A DNA stretch of 26,457 nucleotides from Bdellovibrionales bacterium (GTDB taxonomy: Bacteria > Bdellovibrionota > Bdellovibrionia > Bdellovibrionales > JAMPXM01). The position numbers were made by a program, and so were the translations under genes. Each line of letters begins with the position of its first letter. Within the stretch, counting starts at the first letter, position 1. Shown in pieces: positions 26,376 to 26,457 of this stretch. Location: NCBI GenBank assembly GCA_043739185.1, contig JAYUEN010000525.1, forward strand, positions 1-26,457, given 5' to 3'. A model generated the notes under the pieces. It was not told where the DNA came from and searched no databases. It saw nothing but the letters and a program-made list of their open reading frames with translations.

Positions 26376-26457
26376 TCACTGAATTTTTGAATTGAGATGT
26401 AACTAATTTTGACACGGGTGCCGAAAAAAAGCCAAAAGCTACCTGCTTAGTTTTGGA

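Noticed and set aside
26400..26428. Possible sigma28 promoter (GCCGAAAA) on the plus strand
   Set aside because: No good TAAA -35 element at the proper spacing, and the downstream gene is outside the window.
1..26457. CRISPR arrays, IS elements, integrases, prophage or defence genes
   Set aside because: No repeat-spacer arrays, terminal inverted repeats or recognisable mobile or defence ORFs were seen on manual reading.

Overview
A housekeeping-rich, AT-biased bacterial chromosomal window. Its gene content suggests Bdellovibrionota or a related deltaproteobacteria-like lineage (inferred, not proven). From left to right it holds a truncated tRNA-Pro(CGG), psd, an FAD-dependent oxidoreductase, and a minus-strand run (B12-binding mutase subunit, site-2 protease, scpA, scpB, small membrane protein). 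Next come an acyl-CoA dehydrogenase, an XRE regulator, a GT9 heptosyltransferase plus waaA, a signal-less BtuF-like protein, and a secreted lipoprotein that looks like a catalytically dead metzincin. A ~1.05 kb gap with no convincing gene follows, then a FabMG-type enoyl-ACP reductase, a TM-type RNase Z, and a monoheme cytochrome c/TPR-like exported protein coupled to a NadR/Ttd14-type P-loop protein. The right end has a pstC-pstA-pstB-phoU-phoB-phoR operon with a Pho-box-like promoter but no pstS, a CYTH triphosphatase, and a sigma54/IHF-controlled secreted protein with a clan-CD-like His/Cys dyad. No CRISPR array, rRNA or mobile element was seen. The best candidates for something new are: (i) the pstS-less Pho operon bracketed by CYTH and Ttd14-like P-loop genes, with an inserted PstC loop; (ii) the heme-TPR protein/P-loop pair; (iii) the secreted caspase-fold-like protease and the pseudo-metalloprotease; (iv) the unexplained 1 kb gap. 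All family calls come from motif recognition by eye, and no searches were run.
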